Assembly: GCA_902590755.1 (NCBI GenBank)
Contig: CACIYA010000001.1
Location: forward strand, 1 to 63,895
Source: an uncultured Pelagibacteraceae bacterium
Lineage (GTDB): Bacteria; Pseudomonadota; Alphaproteobacteria; Pelagibacterales; Pelagibacteraceae
Direction of reading: 5' to 3'
DNA length: 63,895 nt
Shown: positions 9,635 through 20,856 of the stretch, in pieces
Position numbering within the stretch: the stretch's first letter is position 1
Layout: every line of letters begins with the position of its first letter
Position numbers and translations under genes: made by a program
Notes under the pieces: generated by a model
The model's input: only the letters and a program-made list of their open reading frames with translations
What the model was told of the DNA's origin: nothing
Database searches by the model: none

Positions 9635-10156
9635 ATGAGCAAAGAAGAAAAAAAAGTTAACAGAAGAGATTTTTTGTTTACAGCTAGTTATACAGTAGGA
9701 GCAGTTGGGGTTGGAGCAGTTATTTGGCCAATGATTGACCAAATGAATCCTGATAAAGCCCAACAAGCTTTAGCAACTACAGAAGTTGACATTAGTAGTA
9801 TAGAACCTGGCAAGTCTATTACTGTTTTATGGAGAGGTAAGCCAATATTTATAAAAAAAAGAACTTCAGAAGAAATAGCTGAGGCCAGGGCGGTAAAATT
9901 GGACGATTTGCCTGATCCTCAAAAAGATGAAGATAGAGTAAAAGAGGGTAAAGATGAGTGGTTAGTTATGTTAGGAGTTTGTACACATCTTGGATGTGTG
10001 CCTTTAAAAGATAAAGGAGACTTCAATGGTTGGTTTTGTCCTTGTCATGGTTCACATTACGATGTATCAGGCAGAATAAGAAAAGGACCAGCTCCAACAA
10101 ACATGGAAATACCAAAGTTTGAATTTGTAGATAGTAATACGATTAAGATTGGTTAA
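9635..10156 (+). CDS. petA: Ubiquinol-cytochrome c reductase Rieske Fe-S subunit
   Basis: Tat motif NRRDFL, CTHLGC and CPCHGS. Confidence 0.98.
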   Translation: MSKEEKKVNRRDFLFTASYTVGAVGVGAVIWPMIDQMNPDKAQQALATTEVDISSIEPGKSITVLWRGKPIFIKKRTSEEIAEARAVKLDDLPDPQKDEDRVKEGKDEWLVMLGVCTHLGCVPLKDKGDFNGWFCPCHGSHYDVSGRIRKGPAPTNMEIPKFEFVDSNTIKIG

Positions 10157-10164
10157 AAAAAATT

Positions 10165-11424
10165 ATGAGTGAGCAAGAATATACACCGAAATCTAAAGCA
10201 GGAAAATGGTTTAACGATCGTTTACCATTACTTACACTAGGAGCACACCTTACAGATTACCCAACACCTAAAAATCTAAATTATTGGTGGACTTTTGGTG
10301 GAATTTTAACTTTTTGTTTAATCACTCAAATAGTTACAGGAATTGTTTTAGCAATGCATTACGTCGCTCACGCTGATTTAGCTTTTGCGAGTGTAGAACA
10401 CATAATGAGAGATGTAAATTATGGTTGGTTAATAAGGTATATTCACAGCAATGGTGCATCTATGTTTTTCCTAGCAGTTTATATTCATATTTTTAGGTCT
10501 TTATTTTATGGATCATATAAATCACCAAGAGAAGTAATTTGGATAATTGGTCTGATGATTTATTTATTGATGATGGCTGCAGCTTTTATGGGTTATGTTT
10601 TGCCTTGGGGTCAAATGAGTTTCTGGGGCGCTACAGTAATAACTAATTTATTTAGTGCGATCCCATTAGTTGGAGACAGTATAACAACTTGGTTATGGGG
10701 AGCATATTCTGTAGATAATCCAACACTAAATAGATTCTTTAGTTTGCATTATTTAATTCCATTTTTGATTTTAGGATTAGTAGTTTTACACATTTGGGCT
10801 TTACACGTTCCAGGAAATAATAACCCTGTAGGTATTGATATAAAGAAACCGTCTAAAGATACAGTGCCATTTCATCCTTATATAACTATTAAAGACGCTT
10901 TCGCGCTTTTAGTTTTTATGATCATATTTGCTGGATTTGTATTCTTCACCCCTAATGTTTTGGGACACTCAGACAATTATATTCCTGCCAATCCGTTAGT
11001 TACACCTGCTCATATAGTACCTGAATGGTATTTGTTACCATTTTACGCAATTTTAAGATCTGTCCCTGATAAATTAGGTGGAGTAATTTTAATGTTCAGT
11101 GCAATTTTTATTTTATTTGTCCTACCTTGGTTAGATACATCAAAAGTTAGATCAGCTGTTTTCAGACCGATTTATAGACAGTTCTTTTGGATATTAGTAA
11201 TAGATGTTCTGATGCTTGGTTATGTTGGTGCGATGCCAGCTGAAGGAATTTACTTAGTATTAGCTAGAGTGGGAACTATTTATTACTTCTTACATTTTAT
11301 AGTAGTTATGCCTGTTGTCGGTTACTTGGAAAAAACAGATCCTATTCCTATGAGCATCTCCGAGCCAGTATTAACCGGAAGAGCAGAACCATCTTTAGCT
11401 AGGAAGGTTAATGATAAAGTCTAA
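10165..11424 (+). CDS. petB: Cytochrome b
   Basis: Heme-ligand histidines, [17 protein letters not shown]. Confidence 0.98.
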   Translation: MSEQEYTPKSKAGKWFNDRLPLLTLGAHLTDYPTPKNLNYWWTFGGILTFCLITQIVTGIVLAMHYVAHADLAFASVEHIMRDVNYGWLIRYIHSNGASMFFLAVYIHIFRSLFYGSYKSPREVIWIIGLMIYLLMMAAAFMGYVLPWGQMSFWGATVITNLFSAIPLVGDSITTWLWGAYSVDNPTLNRFFSLHYLIPFLILGLVVLHIWALHVPGNNNPVGIDIKKPSKDTVPFHPYITIKDAFALLVFMIIFAGFVFFTPNVLGHSDNYIPANPLVTPAHIVPEWYLLPFYAILRSVPDKLGGVILMFSAIFILFVLPWLDTSKVRSAVFRPIYRQFFWILVIDVLMLGYVGAMPAEGIYLVLARVGTIYYFLHFIVVMPVVGYLEKTDPIPMSISEPVLTGRAEPSLARKVNDKV

Positions 11425-12193
11425 TATAAAACTACTAGTTTTATCTTTTTTATTAATTATCTCACTTAGACCACTACAAAGCGCTGAAATGGTTGATCCA
11501 ATTAAAGTGGATTGGAGTTTTAAAGGTTTAACAGGAACATTTGATAGAGCATCACTACAAAGAGGTTTTCAAGTTTATAAAGAAGTATGTGCCTCTTGCC
11601 ATTCAATGCAATACCTTAGCTATAGAAATCTAGGAGAACCTGGTGGACCTGAGTTTTCAGAACAAGAAGTAAAAGCTATTGCAGCTAGTTTCGAAATAGA
11701 GGATGGTCCAGACTCTCAAGGAGAAATGTTTACTCGACCAGGAAAACCTTCAGATAAATTTAAGAGCCCATACCCCAATGTTCAGGCAGCAACAGCTGCC
11801 AATGGTGGGGCATACCCGCCTGATATGTCAGTTTTAGTCAAAGCAAGAAAAGGAGGTGCGAATTACATTTATTCTGTTCTTGTTGGTTATGAAGACCCTC
11901 CTCCAGGTGTAACTCTTGATGACGGTGTTTATTACAATAAATATATGGCCGGTAATAAGATTAAAATGCCAAATAATTTAATGGATGGTTTAGTTGAATA
12001 TGCAGATGGCACGGAGTCTACTGTTGATCAAATGGCTAAAGATGTAACAACTTTTTTGGCTTGGGCTGCTGAGCCAGAACTTGAAGAAAGACACAAAACT
12101 GGTGTTAAGGTAATTATTTATTTAGTGCTTTTAACAATTCTTGTTTATTTAAGTATGAAAAAAATATGGTCAAGGATTGACACGGAAGTATAA
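11411..12193 (+). CDS. petC: Cytochrome c1
   Basis: Signal peptide, CASCH, PPDMS, C-terminal TM anchor. Confidence 0.98.
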   Translation: MIKSNIKLLVLSFLLIISLRPLQSAEMVDPIKVDWSFKGLTGTFDRASLQRGFQVYKEVCASCHSMQYLSYRNLGEPGGPEFSEQEVKAIAASFEIEDGPDSQGEMFTRPGKPSDKFKSPYPNVQAATAANGGAYPPDMSVLVKARKGGANYIYSVLVGYEDPPPGVTLDDGVYYNKYMAGNKIKMPNNLMDGLVEYADGTESTVDQMAKDVTTFLAWAAEPELEERHKTGVKVIIYLVLLTILVYLSMKKIWSRIDTEV

Positions 12194-13240
12194 CACGTCA
12201 CCATCCTTAACAATATAGTCTTTTCCTTCAATTCTTAGTTTTCCATTTTCCTTACACTTTTCTGCGCTACCATACTTAATGAAGTCTTCGCATGTTACAG
12301 CTTCAGCTCTAATAAAATTCTTTTCAAAATCAGTATGAATAACACTTGCTGCTTTTGGAGCCAGAGTATTTTTTTTCACTGTCCAAGCTCTACTTTCTTC
12401 AGGACCAGAGGTAAAAAAAGTATCTAGCATCAAAAGATCATAACCTTCTTTAATAAGTTTATTGAGTCCGGTTTTATTTAAACCGATGTCTTGCATAAAT
12501 ATCTCTTTTTCTGATTTATCCAGACCTGACAGTTGGTCTTCAATATCAGCACAAATATTAATTATTTTCTCATTAGGATACTTTTTTTTTACTTGATCAG
12601 TATAATCATTACCTTTTCCTAAATTTTCCTCGTCCACATTACATACTATAATTTTAGGTTTAATGCTCAATAAGCCGATACTTGATAAAAACTTTTCCTC
12701 TTCAAAATTACTAATTTTTACCTCTTTACCTTCACTTAAATCTTTTAATTTTTCATCTAAAATTTTTATTTCTTTTTGTCCAAGAAATTTTTTTTTATTT
12801 TTTTCTAATTTTTTTTGAATAATATCTAGATCTGAGAGTATTATTTCAGTTTTTATTGTTTCTAAATCATCAGCTGGGTTAATTTTTGAATTAACATGAG
12901 TGATTTTATCTGAGTCAAAGCACCTCACTAAATGTATTATTGCATCAACTTCCCTAATATGTGAAAGAAATTTATTTCCTAATCCTTCACCCTTCGAAGC
13001 CCCCTTTACAAGACCTGCAATGTCCACAAAAGTAATATTTGTATAAATTTTTTTTTTTGATTTGGATAATTCTGCTAATTTATCCAATCTCTGATCTATA
13101 ACGTCTACAATACCTATATTCGGATCAATAGTACAAAAAGGAAAATTAGCTGCCTCAGCATTTTTAGAGGCTGTAAGAGCATTAAATAAAGTAGACTTGC
13201 CTACATTAGGCAAACCAACGATACCACATTTAAATCCCAT
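12170..13240 (-). CDS. ychF: Redox-regulated ATPase YchF
   Basis: GLPNVGKSTLFN, FPFCTIDPN, DIAGLVKGAS.GEGLGN. Confidence 0.97.
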   Translation of the reverse strand: MGFKCGIVGLPNVGKSTLFNALTASKNAEAANFPFCTIDPNIGIVDVIDQRLDKLAELSKSKKKIYTNITFVDIAGLVKGASKGEGLGNKFLSHIREVDAIIHLVRCFDSDKITHVNSKINPADDLETIKTEIILSDLDIIQKKLEKNKKKFLGQKEIKILDEKLKDLSEGKEVKISNFEEEKFLSSIGLLSIKPKIIVCNVDEENLGKGNDYTDQVKKKYPNEKIINICADIEDQLSGLDKSEKEIFMQDIGLNKTGLNKLIKEGYDLLMLDTFFTSGPEESRAWTVKKNTLAPKAASVIHTDFEKNFIRAEAVTCEDFIKYGSAEKCKENGKLRIEGKDYIVKDGDVLYFRVNP

Positions 13241-13802
13241 TAAGATTTTGATTAACTTTACTTGAAAATAAATCGATCTTTTTATCGATTAGAGTTGGTA
13301 TTTGTTTTACAATATTTTGAGTTATCTCTTTAATTTTTTCTTCCTCGTCTTCCTTGAAATCTTCCAATACATGATTATTGACTTTCTTTTTCTGTTTAGG
13401 GTGTCCTATACCAATTCTTACTCTGGAATAATCTTTTCCTATAAACTTATCAATTGACTCTATTCCATTATGTCCAGCACTAGTTCCGCCAAATTTCGCT
13501 TTAACTTTTCCAAAATCGATATCCATGTCATCGTGGAAAACTATTACATCCTTCGCATCGATTTTAAAGTAATCGATAAGCTCTTTGATTGCAGTTCCAG
13601 AGTTATTCATAAAAGTAAGAGGTTTGATAGCATAAATTTTTTTTTCATCAATATTTCCAGTAGTGAGCAACCCTTTAAATTTTGGTTTTTGTTTTGATAA
13701 TTTAAAATGAGAATTGATAGCGTCGATAATTTTAAAACCGATATTATGTCGTGTGTTTGTGTAATTTGAGCCTGGATTTCCTAATCCAACAAGTAAAAGC
13801 AT
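13230..13802 (-). CDS. pth: Peptidyl-tRNA hydrolase
   Basis: VGLGNPG, TRHNIGF, FMN.SG, GHNG. Confidence 0.97.
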   Translation of the reverse strand: MLLLVGLGNPGSNYTNTRHNIGFKIIDAINSHFKLSKQKPKFKGLLTTGNIDEKKIYAIKPLTFMNNSGTAIKELIDYFKIDAKDVIVFHDDMDIDFGKVKAKFGGTSAGHNGIESIDKFIGKDYSRVRIGIGHPKQKKKVNNHVLEDFKEDEEEKIKEITQNIVKQIPTLIDKKIDLFSSKVNQNLNGI

Positions 13803-13807
13803 ATTAT

Positions 13808-14560
13808 TTATTTTTTCTCAGCAGGTTTCTTTTCAGCAGATTTTTTTTCTTCAGGTTTTTTATCAGATGTACCATCCTTAGCTTTATCATCTTTTTTAGC
13901 TGCATCACCTTCTTTTGCTGCTGCTTCAGCACCTTCTGTTGGCGCTTCTCCCTCAGCACCCTCTGCAGGTGTTTCTTCCGCTGGTTTTTCTGGTTCTTTA
14001 ATAACTGTTGGAGCAGCAACAGTTGCAACAACGAAATCTCTATCTGTGATTGTGGGTATTACATTTTCCGGAAGTTTGACAGAAGATATTTTAATACTTG
14101 TTCCTATGTCAGTACCAGCCAAATCTACAACTATTTCATTTGGAATTAATTCTGCTGGACATTTCAACTCAACTTTTCTTCTGACGATGTTTAACACTCC
14201 GCCTCTTTTAAGTCCTGGAGAGTCAGGGTGATTTATAAACTTAACAGGTATTTCTAAAATAATTTTTTTACCGCTTACAATTCTCATAAAATCTATGTGT
14301 ATTGGTTCTGCCGAAACTACATGGTAAGACACATCTCTTGGTATTACTTTCTGTTTTTTACCGTCAACATCTAGTTCTAAAACTTTTGATAAAAAAGTAT
14401 CAGAATTAATGATATTGGATAATTCTTTTTTACTTACAGAAATATTTAAATTATTTTCTTTTCCCCCATACAGGATCGCTGGTATAAAACCTTTAGCTCG
14501 TAAATGGTTGTTTGAGCCAGTGGTTAATTTCTCTCTTTTTGTAGCTTTTAAGTCACTCAT
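13808..14560 (-). CDS. rplY: 50S ribosomal protein L25/Ctc with long Glu/Ala/Lys-rich tail
   Basis: LR..G.IPAILYG, HIDF, G.KRGG; located between prs and pth. Confidence 0.95.
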   Translation of the reverse strand: MSDLKATKREKLTTGSNNHLRAKGFIPAILYGGKENNLNISVSKKELSNIINSDTFLSKVLELDVDGKKQKVIPRDVSYHVVSAEPIHIDFMRIVSGKKIILEIPVKFINHPDSPGLKRGGVLNIVRRKVELKCPAELIPNEIVVDLAGTDIGTSIKISSVKLPENVIPTITDRDFVVATVAAPTVIKEPEKPAEETPAEGAEGEAPTEGAEAAAKEGDAAKKDDKAKDGTSDKKPEEKKSAEKKPAEKK

Positions 14561-14609
14561 AATATTGCTGGAAAAGGTATATAACTCAAGATTTATATCA
14601 AAACAAGTA

Positions 14610-15542
14610 TTAATTAAATAAATCTGAAACAGAATTTGAGTTTGCTATTCTTTTGATGGCCTCTGACATTAGTGACGATATTGATAAAACCTCAATTTTA
14701 CTGTTATTATTTATTTTTTTTACGTTATCAATTGTATCAGTGACAATAAGTTTCTTTATCTTTGAATTTTTAATTTTTATTGCCGCATCTCCACTCAGCA
14801 CCCCATGAGTTATAAAAACATAAACTTCGTTGGCACCATTTTTTTTTAAAGCATTTACAGCATTTACGATTGTCCCACCACTATCAATTATATCGTCAAC
14901 AATAATACAAGTTTTACTTTTTACATTTCCTAAAATATTCATAACTTCCGATTTTCCAGGAGCAGGTCTCCTTTTGTCAATTATTGCTAAATCAGCTTTA
15001 ATTCGATTTGCTAGATCTCTTGTTCGAGCAACCCCACCTACATCAGGCGAAACACAAATAAGTTTTTTATTCTTCAGATTTTTTTTAATGTACTTTGCAA
15101 ATAAAGGTGCTGTGTATAAATTGTCTACCGGCATATCAAAAAATCCCTGGATTTGCCCTGCGTGAAGATCAACTGTAACGACTCTTGTAGCGCCAGCGTT
15201 TGTAATTAAATTCGCCATCACTTTTGCAGAAATCGAGGTTCTTGGCGCGACCTTTCTATCTTGTCTGGCGTATCCAAAATATGGTATTACAGCAGTGATT
15301 GTCTTAGCAGAAGATCTTTTCAAAGCATCAATGACCAAAAGAAGCTCCATAATGTTATCATTAGCTGGATGGCAAGTTGATTGAACAACAAACACACTAT
15401 TGCCTCTAATGTTTTCGTTTATTTCAATATAGATTTCTCCATCAGCAAATCTTCTAATATTCGTATTAATAAGTTTCAGCTTTAAATTCTTGGCGATACT
15501 CTTGCTCAGTCTTAAATTACTTGTTCCTGATAAGATTTTCAT
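14610..15542 (-). CDS. prs: Ribose-phosphate pyrophosphokinase
   Basis: FADGE, PYFGYARQDR, DLHAGQIQGFF, VDDIIDSGGT. Confidence 0.98.
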   Translation of the reverse strand: MKILSGTSNLRLSKSIAKNLKLKLINTNIRRFADGEIYIEINENIRGNSVFVVQSTCHPANDNIMELLLVIDALKRSSAKTITAVIPYFGYARQDRKVAPRTSISAKVMANLITNAGATRVVTVDLHAGQIQGFFDMPVDNLYTAPLFAKYIKKNLKNKKLICVSPDVGGVARTRDLANRIKADLAIIDKRRPAPGKSEVMNILGNVKSKTCIIVDDIIDSGGTIVNAVNALKKNGANEVYVFITHGVLSGDAAIKIKNSKIKKLIVTDTIDNVKKINNNSKIEVLSISSLMSEAIKRIANSNSVSDLFN

Positions 15543-15579
15543 GAAATATGTTTATATATACAATTATTTCTAAACCTTT

Positions 15580-16332
15580 TCAAATCAAACTTATTACAGA
15601 AATACATCTTCCATAATCATTTTGCTTCAATTTTGACGATCTTCTATAGCTAAAAAAATTCTTTTTATCTAAATATGTATCTCGTTTTATATGATCTACT
15701 TGAATATTAAGATCTAAAAGCTTATCAGAAACAAATTTTCTAAGATTAAATAGTTTTTTGTTCTTATTTTTTTGCAAAAAGTAAGATTTATTTTTTTTTG
15801 ATTTTGAGATAAATTTTTTGTAGAAATTAATATCTACCTCATAGCTATTTTTTCCGATGCAAGGACCAACACAAGCAAAAATATCATTATTTTTATTAAT
15901 TTTTCTAATTTTTTTTATTGTATTTTTTATAATGTTTGAAAATGCTCCTCGCCAACCAGCATGAATACACCCTGCAATTTTGTTATTTTTATCAAAAAGA
16001 AGGACCGGAACGCAATCTGCGGTAACCACACCTAAAGCAATTCCATTAATTTTTGTAATCATCGCGTCTGAAAATATTTTTTTTCCTAAATCGTTTTTTT
16101 TAATTTCTTTTACTCTATTACTATGGGTTTGATGCATTAATATTAAATTATTTTTTTTTACTTTCATTTTAGTTGAAACATATTTTAAATTTTTATTAAT
16201 ATTAACTTTGTTATCATTAGACCCTCTTCCACAATTTAACCCTTTGTAAAATCCTTTTGAAAATCCTCTTTTTCTTGAAAAAAAACAGTGCTTTAGACCC
16301 TTAAATTTTTTGAGATTCTTAGAATAAAACAT
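15580..16332 (-). CDS. pgeF: Purine nucleoside phosphorylase / peptidoglycan editing factor PgeF (YfiH)
   Basis: QTHS, TADCVP, HAGWRG, GPCI, FFSYRR. Confidence 0.92.
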   Translation of the reverse strand: MFYSKNLKKFKGLKHCFFSRKRGFSKGFYKGLNCGRGSNDNKVNINKNLKYVSTKMKVKKNNLILMHQTHSNRVKEIKKNDLGKKIFSDAMITKINGIALGVVTADCVPVLLFDKNNKIAGCIHAGWRGAFSNIIKNTIKKIRKINKNNDIFACVGPCIGKNSYEVDINFYKKFISKSKKNKSYFLQKNKNKKLFNLRKFVSDKLLDLNIQVDHIKRDTYLDKKNFFSYRRSSKLKQNDYGRCISVISLI

Positions 16333-17396
16333 CAATTAAATCCAAAATAGTCTTTTTTTTTGAAATCATAGGCCAAAATTACCTTAAATAATTCACCCAT
16401 TAATTTTGGACTAAGCAATCTCTTTAATCTTAAATAAAGATTTGTCTTTTCTCTGAATTGCATTTTTCTTGCGATTATATCAGCTCTTTGCATTATTCCC
16501 ATATTATTCAAAAAATCTCTTTGAGATATAATTTTTTTTACACTTAAATTTTTTTTTAAAAAAAATTCATTTAATAAGGAAAAATTTACATGAGCAGTAA
16601 TATCAGCTTTGCCTAAATTATTAAGTAATTTATTTTTTTTATTTTTAATAACTGACTGAATAGTATCTTTATTATTAGGTTTTAAATATCCATAATCAAC
16701 CATCAAAATACAACCACTTAATCTTGATATAGTTTGTATTATCTTTTCTAACTCTTTTAACCCAGATTTAGGAAATTCGATGAATTTTAAATTATTAAGA
16801 ATTTTGAATGATTTAATATTTTTAATGTCATTTTTTTTAGCATTTCTAAAAGATTCTTTTATTTTATTATTCTTCTCTAAAATGAAAAATTTTTCATTTA
16901 ACGTATTATCCTGAACTTTAAATTGTTTTATTGGAATGGCATCAAAAAATTCATTCCCAAAAAATATTACTGGGCCGTTATCTATTGTCTTAAAGTTCTC
17001 AATCCACTTTATTTTATTATTTTTAATAGTTTTTTTTTGAACTTTTTTTAAAAAATTACTTGTTTCATATAAATAAATATTTTTAGATGAATTGAATTTC
17101 GGAAATTTTTTCGAAACATCCAAAAGAATTTTTATAAAACTTCCATCTCCAGGTCCAAGCTCTACAATATTAAAATTTTTAGGTTTTCCAAAAATTTCCC
17201 AAGTCGATACCATCCAAATAGCAATCATTTCAGAATAAAGTCTTGAAATTGTAGGGGCAGTGACAAAGTCTCCTTTATTTCCGAAAGGAAAATTTGAGTT
17301 ATAATAACCTACTTTATTATCGTAAAGAACATTTTCAATAAACTTATCTACTGGTAGAGCTTTTGATTTTTTGAAAAACTTAGCTTCTGAACTCAT
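16332..17396 (-). CDS. SAM-dependent methyltransferase, MidA/NDUFAF7 family
   Basis: GYY...FG..GDFVTAP.IS, VELGPGDG, NEFFDA.P, DYG, DITAHV.F. Confidence 0.9.
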   Translation of the reverse strand: MSSEAKFFKKSKALPVDKFIENVLYDNKVGYYNSNFPFGNKGDFVTAPTISRLYSEMIAIWMVSTWEIFGKPKNFNIVELGPGDGSFIKILLDVSKKFPKFNSSKNIYLYETSNFLKKVQKKTIKNNKIKWIENFKTIDNGPVIFFGNEFFDAIPIKQFKVQDNTLNEKFFILEKNNKIKESFRNAKKNDIKNIKSFKILNNLKFIEFPKSGLKELEKIIQTISRLSGCILMVDYGYLKPNNKDTIQSVIKNKKNKLLNNLGKADITAHVNFSLLNEFFLKKNLSVKKIISQRDFLNNMGIMQRADIIARKMQFREKTNLYLRLKRLLSPKLMGELFKVILAYDFKKKDYFGFN

Positions 17397-18180
17397 TTTT
17401 TTTTCTCAAGTAATAGAACATAGTTAATCCTAGTATTGTCATTATTAAACTTAATATAGTTCCCATACTCAACAATCCAAAAAAATAACCAAGATGAGCG
17501 TCAGGCTCTCTAAATAATTCTGAAAAAACTCTCAACACCCCATAACAAATCAAAAAAATATAAGCACAATCTCCTGTTTTGTAATTTTTTTTTAAGATAA
17601 AAAATCTCATTATTAAAAATAAAACAACCCCTTCTAACATTGCTTCGTACAATTGAGAAGGGTGTCTTGGCATCATATCAATGTTTGGAAATACAACACT
17701 CCATGGCAAAGTACTAATCTTTCCTACAAGTTCCCCATTAATGAAATTGGCCAACCTGCCCAAAAATATGCCTATTGGTGAAACACATGCAATAATATCA
17801 AGTAAAAATAGTGTTTCTATTTTTTTTTTAATTGAAAAAAAATATGTTGCTACTATTACACCAATCAAAGCTCCATGGAAAGACATGCCACCCTGCCAAA
17901 TTTTTAAAGACTCAAGTGGATTTGAAATATAGTAACTAGGATTGTAAAAAATTATATAACCCACTCTTCCGCCTACTATTATAGCAAAGATCAAATATGT
18001 AATTAGGTTATCAAATTCACCTATTTCAAATTTGTTTTTTATAAATTCAATTTTTTCAATTATAATTTTTTTTCCATACCACCATCCAATAAGTATGCCA
18101 AAAATATACGCAAGTGAGTACCATCTCAATGCTATGAACCCAAAATCTATTATTATTGGGTCTAAATTATGGGTATACAT
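17380..18180 (-). CDS. lgt: Prolipoprotein diacylglyceryl transferase
   Basis: RWY.LAY, GGMSFHG, GRLANFINGEL, HPSQLYE. Confidence 0.97.
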   Translation of the reverse strand: MYTHNLDPIIIDFGFIALRWYSLAYIFGILIGWWYGKKIIIEKIEFIKNKFEIGEFDNLITYLIFAIIVGGRVGYIIFYNPSYYISNPLESLKIWQGGMSFHGALIGVIVATYFFSIKKKIETLFLLDIIACVSPIGIFLGRLANFINGELVGKISTLPWSVVFPNIDMMPRHPSQLYEAMLEGVVLFLIMRFFILKKNYKTGDCAYIFLICYGVLRVFSELFREPDAHLGYFFGLLSMGTILSLIMTILGLTMFYYLRKKNEFRS

Positions 18181-18231
18181 ATTTTCTTATATCATATTTG
18201 AAATTAAGATGCCTATCAAATAAGATAACTT

Positions 18232-18477
18232 ATGAAAAATTCTGAAAAAATTTTAGAAACATTATCAAGTTTAATTGAAACTGGTATTTTAACTTCAAAA
18301 GATATACGCAAGGAACTGTCAACTGACTTAAAATTTAAAAAAGACAAAATTTTGAATAAGCTTCAATTAGTTTCAAGAGAGGAATTTGAAGTACTAAAAA
18401 AAATAGTTGAAAAACAAGACGTAATTATCAAGGAACTTAGAAAAAAAGGAAAAGTTAAAAAGGTAAAGAAACTTTAA
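18232..18477 (+). CDS. ubiK: UbiK/BMFP-family accessory factor
   Basis: L.LVSREEFEVL motif followed by a coiled coil; divergent from lgt. Confidence 0.75.
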   Translation: MKNSEKILETLSSLIETGILTSKDIRKELSTDLKFKKDKILNKLQLVSREEFEVLKKIVEKQDVIIKELRKKGKVKKVKKL

Positions 18478-19768
18478 CCATTAAACCATTAAACCTACTT
18501 TTTCCTAATTGAATATTTCCACCGTGAGAATTAATAATATCCTCAACTATTGCAAGTCCTAATCCAACACCTGATTTATTTAAACTTCTACTTTTGTCTA
18601 ATCTAAAGAATGGTTTAAAAACATTTTTAAATTGATCTTCGGGGATACCAGGACCATCATCTTCTATTAAAACAGTTGCTCGATTAGTGCCTTTTTGAAC
18701 TTCTACATGAACGTTTTCTCCATATATAAGTCCATTTTGAATAATATTTTCAAATGATCTCTTAAGCGCAAGCGGCCTTCCTTTAAGAGTAATATTTTCT
18801 GCGCAATTTATTTTTAATTTTTCTTTGCTGTCAATCTCTATTTTGTCTAATAAAATTTTCAAATTTATATTTGTTGTTGTTTCATGAGTTTGAGTTTTCG
18901 CAAATTGCAGGTAATCGTTTAGCATCTTTTCCATTTCATCAATATCTTTTGACATATTTTTTGATAAATCCTTTTGTTTTAACATAGCTAATTGTAATTT
19001 AAGTCTAGTTAAGGGAGTTCTTAGGTCATGGCTTATTCCAGACAACATTTCAGACCTTTGATTAAGATGTCTGTTAATTCTTTTTGCCATTCGATCAAAT
19101 TCATATGCCGCTTTTCTTATTTCTTGAGCTCCAGATGGTCTAAAATCATTTACGTAATCTCCTTTACCAAATCGTTCGGCAGCTTTTGCAAGCCTGACTA
19201 ATGGTTTTGTTTGGTTTTTAAGAAAGATTAATGCGATGATTATCAAAACGATTGATGGTAGTGTTGTCCATAGAACAAACAATCTTACTGATGAGGTTGA
19301 GACTAACTCTTTAGGTACTATAAATTCAATTACTTCATTTTCAGATTTAATTTTTATTTCTACTGCATTTTTAAATTTTGAAGTACTAAACCAATAATTG
19401 TTGCTTCCAAATGTAGATTTTAATTCTCTTCGCAACGATCTATCCATTGGGCTAAATTTCCTTTCACCTGAAATTTCCGGAAAACTATCTTGATTGATAC
19501 CTATTTCAAAGTTAAAATTATTTTTGTAGCTATCAGTAAAAAAATCTAAATTTTTTTTATCATTTTTATAAATTTCTTCAATAGTCTTCAATTGTGCAAC
19601 TAATGCTCTTGTAGTATTTTTATTAGCTTTTATCCAAATACTGTCATAAAAAACGATAGTGATAATAAGTTGCAGTATAATCGTAGGAGCAGCTACTATT
19701 ATTAGCGCCCTGTAAAATAATCTTTTTGGTAATATTACTTTTATAAATTTATTCAATCCATAAAACAT
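18455..19768 (-). CDS. EnvZ-like sensor histidine kinase
   Basis: Two TM segments, HAMP domain, H-box SHDLRTPLTR, DDGPGI, G.GLGL. Start taken at MFYG. Confidence 0.92.
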   Translation of the reverse strand: MFYGLNKFIKVILPKRLFYRALIIVAAPTIILQLIITIVFYDSIWIKANKNTTRALVAQLKTIEEIYKNDKKNLDFFTDSYKNNFNFEIGINQDSFPEISGERKFSPMDRSLRRELKSTFGSNNYWFSTSKFKNAVEIKIKSENEVIEFIVPKELVSTSSVRLFVLWTTLPSIVLIIIALIFLKNQTKPLVRLAKAAERFGKGDYVNDFRPSGAQEIRKAAYEFDRMAKRINRHLNQRSEMLSGISHDLRTPLTRLKLQLAMLKQKDLSKNMSKDIDEMEKMLNDYLQFAKTQTHETTTNINLKILLDKIEIDSKEKLKINCAENITLKGRPLALKRSFENIIQNGLIYGENVHVEVQKGTNRATVLIEDDGPGIPEDQFKNVFKPFFRLDKSRSLNKSGVGLGLAIVEDIINSHGGNIQLGKSRFNGLMVKVSLPF

Positions 19769-20426
19769 ATCCTGCACCTCTTATAGTTTGAAGAAATTTT
19801 GGGTTTTTTGGATTAATTTCTAATTTTTGTCTTAATCTTGTTATCATCACATCAATTGATCTTTCTTGTTTTATACCAGATATTTTACCAATTTCATCTC
19901 TAGAATATGTTTTACCCGGATTAGAAAGCATTTCTAAAAGAACTTTCTTTTCAGAATTATTAATTTTTTTTATTTTTGATTTAAGACTTATTATCATTTT
20001 ATTTAAGTCAATTTTTGCTTGGCCAACATTATGTTTTGAATTTTGGTCAATTCTATTTCTATTTTTTATTACATTTCTTATTCTAAGTAGAAGCTCTTTC
20101 GGTTCGAATGGTTTACCAATATAGTCTTCAGCTCCGATTTCTAGTCCTTTAATTCTATTTTCAACCTCCCCTTTAGCAGTAAGTAAAATTATAGGGACAT
20201 TGAACTTTCTTTTAATATCTTTGGTTAAATCATAACCATCTTGCCCTGGCATCATCACATCTAAAATAATGACATCAAATTTTATGAAATTTAATTTTTC
20301 TTTAGCTCCCTTTGCATCTTCAGCTGTAGAGACAATATAAAAGTTTTCTGTCAAATAATCCTTTAAAAGATTTCTGATTCTATCATCATCATCAACAATT
20401 AAAATATGAAGATTTTTATTTTCCAT
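19749..20426 (-). CDS. OmpR-family response regulator (PetR/OmpR-like)
   Basis: VDDD, LDVMMP, KPF, winged-helix RSIDV..TRLR, RGAGY. Confidence 0.92.
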   Translation of the reverse strand: MENKNLHILIVDDDDRIRNLLKDYLTENFYIVSTAEDAKGAKEKLNFIKFDVIILDVMMPGQDGYDLTKDIKRKFNVPIILLTAKGEVENRIKGLEIGAEDYIGKPFEPKELLLRIRNVIKNRNRIDQNSKHNVGQAKIDLNKMIISLKSKIKKINNSEKKVLLEMLSNPGKTYSRDEIGKISGIKQERSIDVMITRLRQKLEINPKNPKFLQTIRGAGYVLWIE

Positions 20427-20856
20427 CAATAATTTTTTTTAATACACCTTTAAATTTTATAACCGAGTCAGAACTTGAATTTTTTAATGCATTGAAAATT
20501 CTTTTTTTTTGAGAATTATATAATAAATCAAAAAAAATTTTGCCCTCTTTATCTAAAAATAAGTTTTTTTTACGTGTATCGCTGTCATCTTGTATTTGCT
20601 TTATCATCTTATTGCTTATTAGATCTCTTAAAACTCTATTAAGACTTTGTTTTGTTACTTTTAATCTAAAAATTAATTCTCCCAGATTAATTCCTGGATT
20701 TCTTTCTATCAAGTGCAATGCTCTTAAATGTGCTAAGCCAAAAAATTTTTTTGCTAAAATTTCTCTAGGATCTGAAAACGTTTCTCTATATGCATAGTAT
20801 AGGAGTTGAATAAATTCTTTTATTTGATCATCTTTTAGATAAAGTAAATCTTTCAT
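20416..20856 (-). CDS. MarR-family transcriptional regulator (PetP-like)
   Basis: G.AH.RAL, VTKQSLNRVL..L, D.RK; precedes the OmpR-family gene as petP precedes petR. Confidence 0.85.
   Translation of the reverse strand: MKDLLYLKDDQIKEFIQLLYYAYRETFSDPREILAKKFFGLAHLRALHLIERNPGINLGELIFRLKVTKQSLNRVLRDLISNKMIKQIQDDSDTRKKNLFLDKEGKIFFDLLYNSQKKRIFNALKNSSSDSVIKFKGVLKKIIDGK

Noticed and set aside
13751-14149. Cys/Phe-rich and Gln/Lys-rich ORFs over the rplY tail
   Set aside because: By-products of the low-complexity Glu/Ala/Lys tail of L25, a known feature of Ctc-type proteins.
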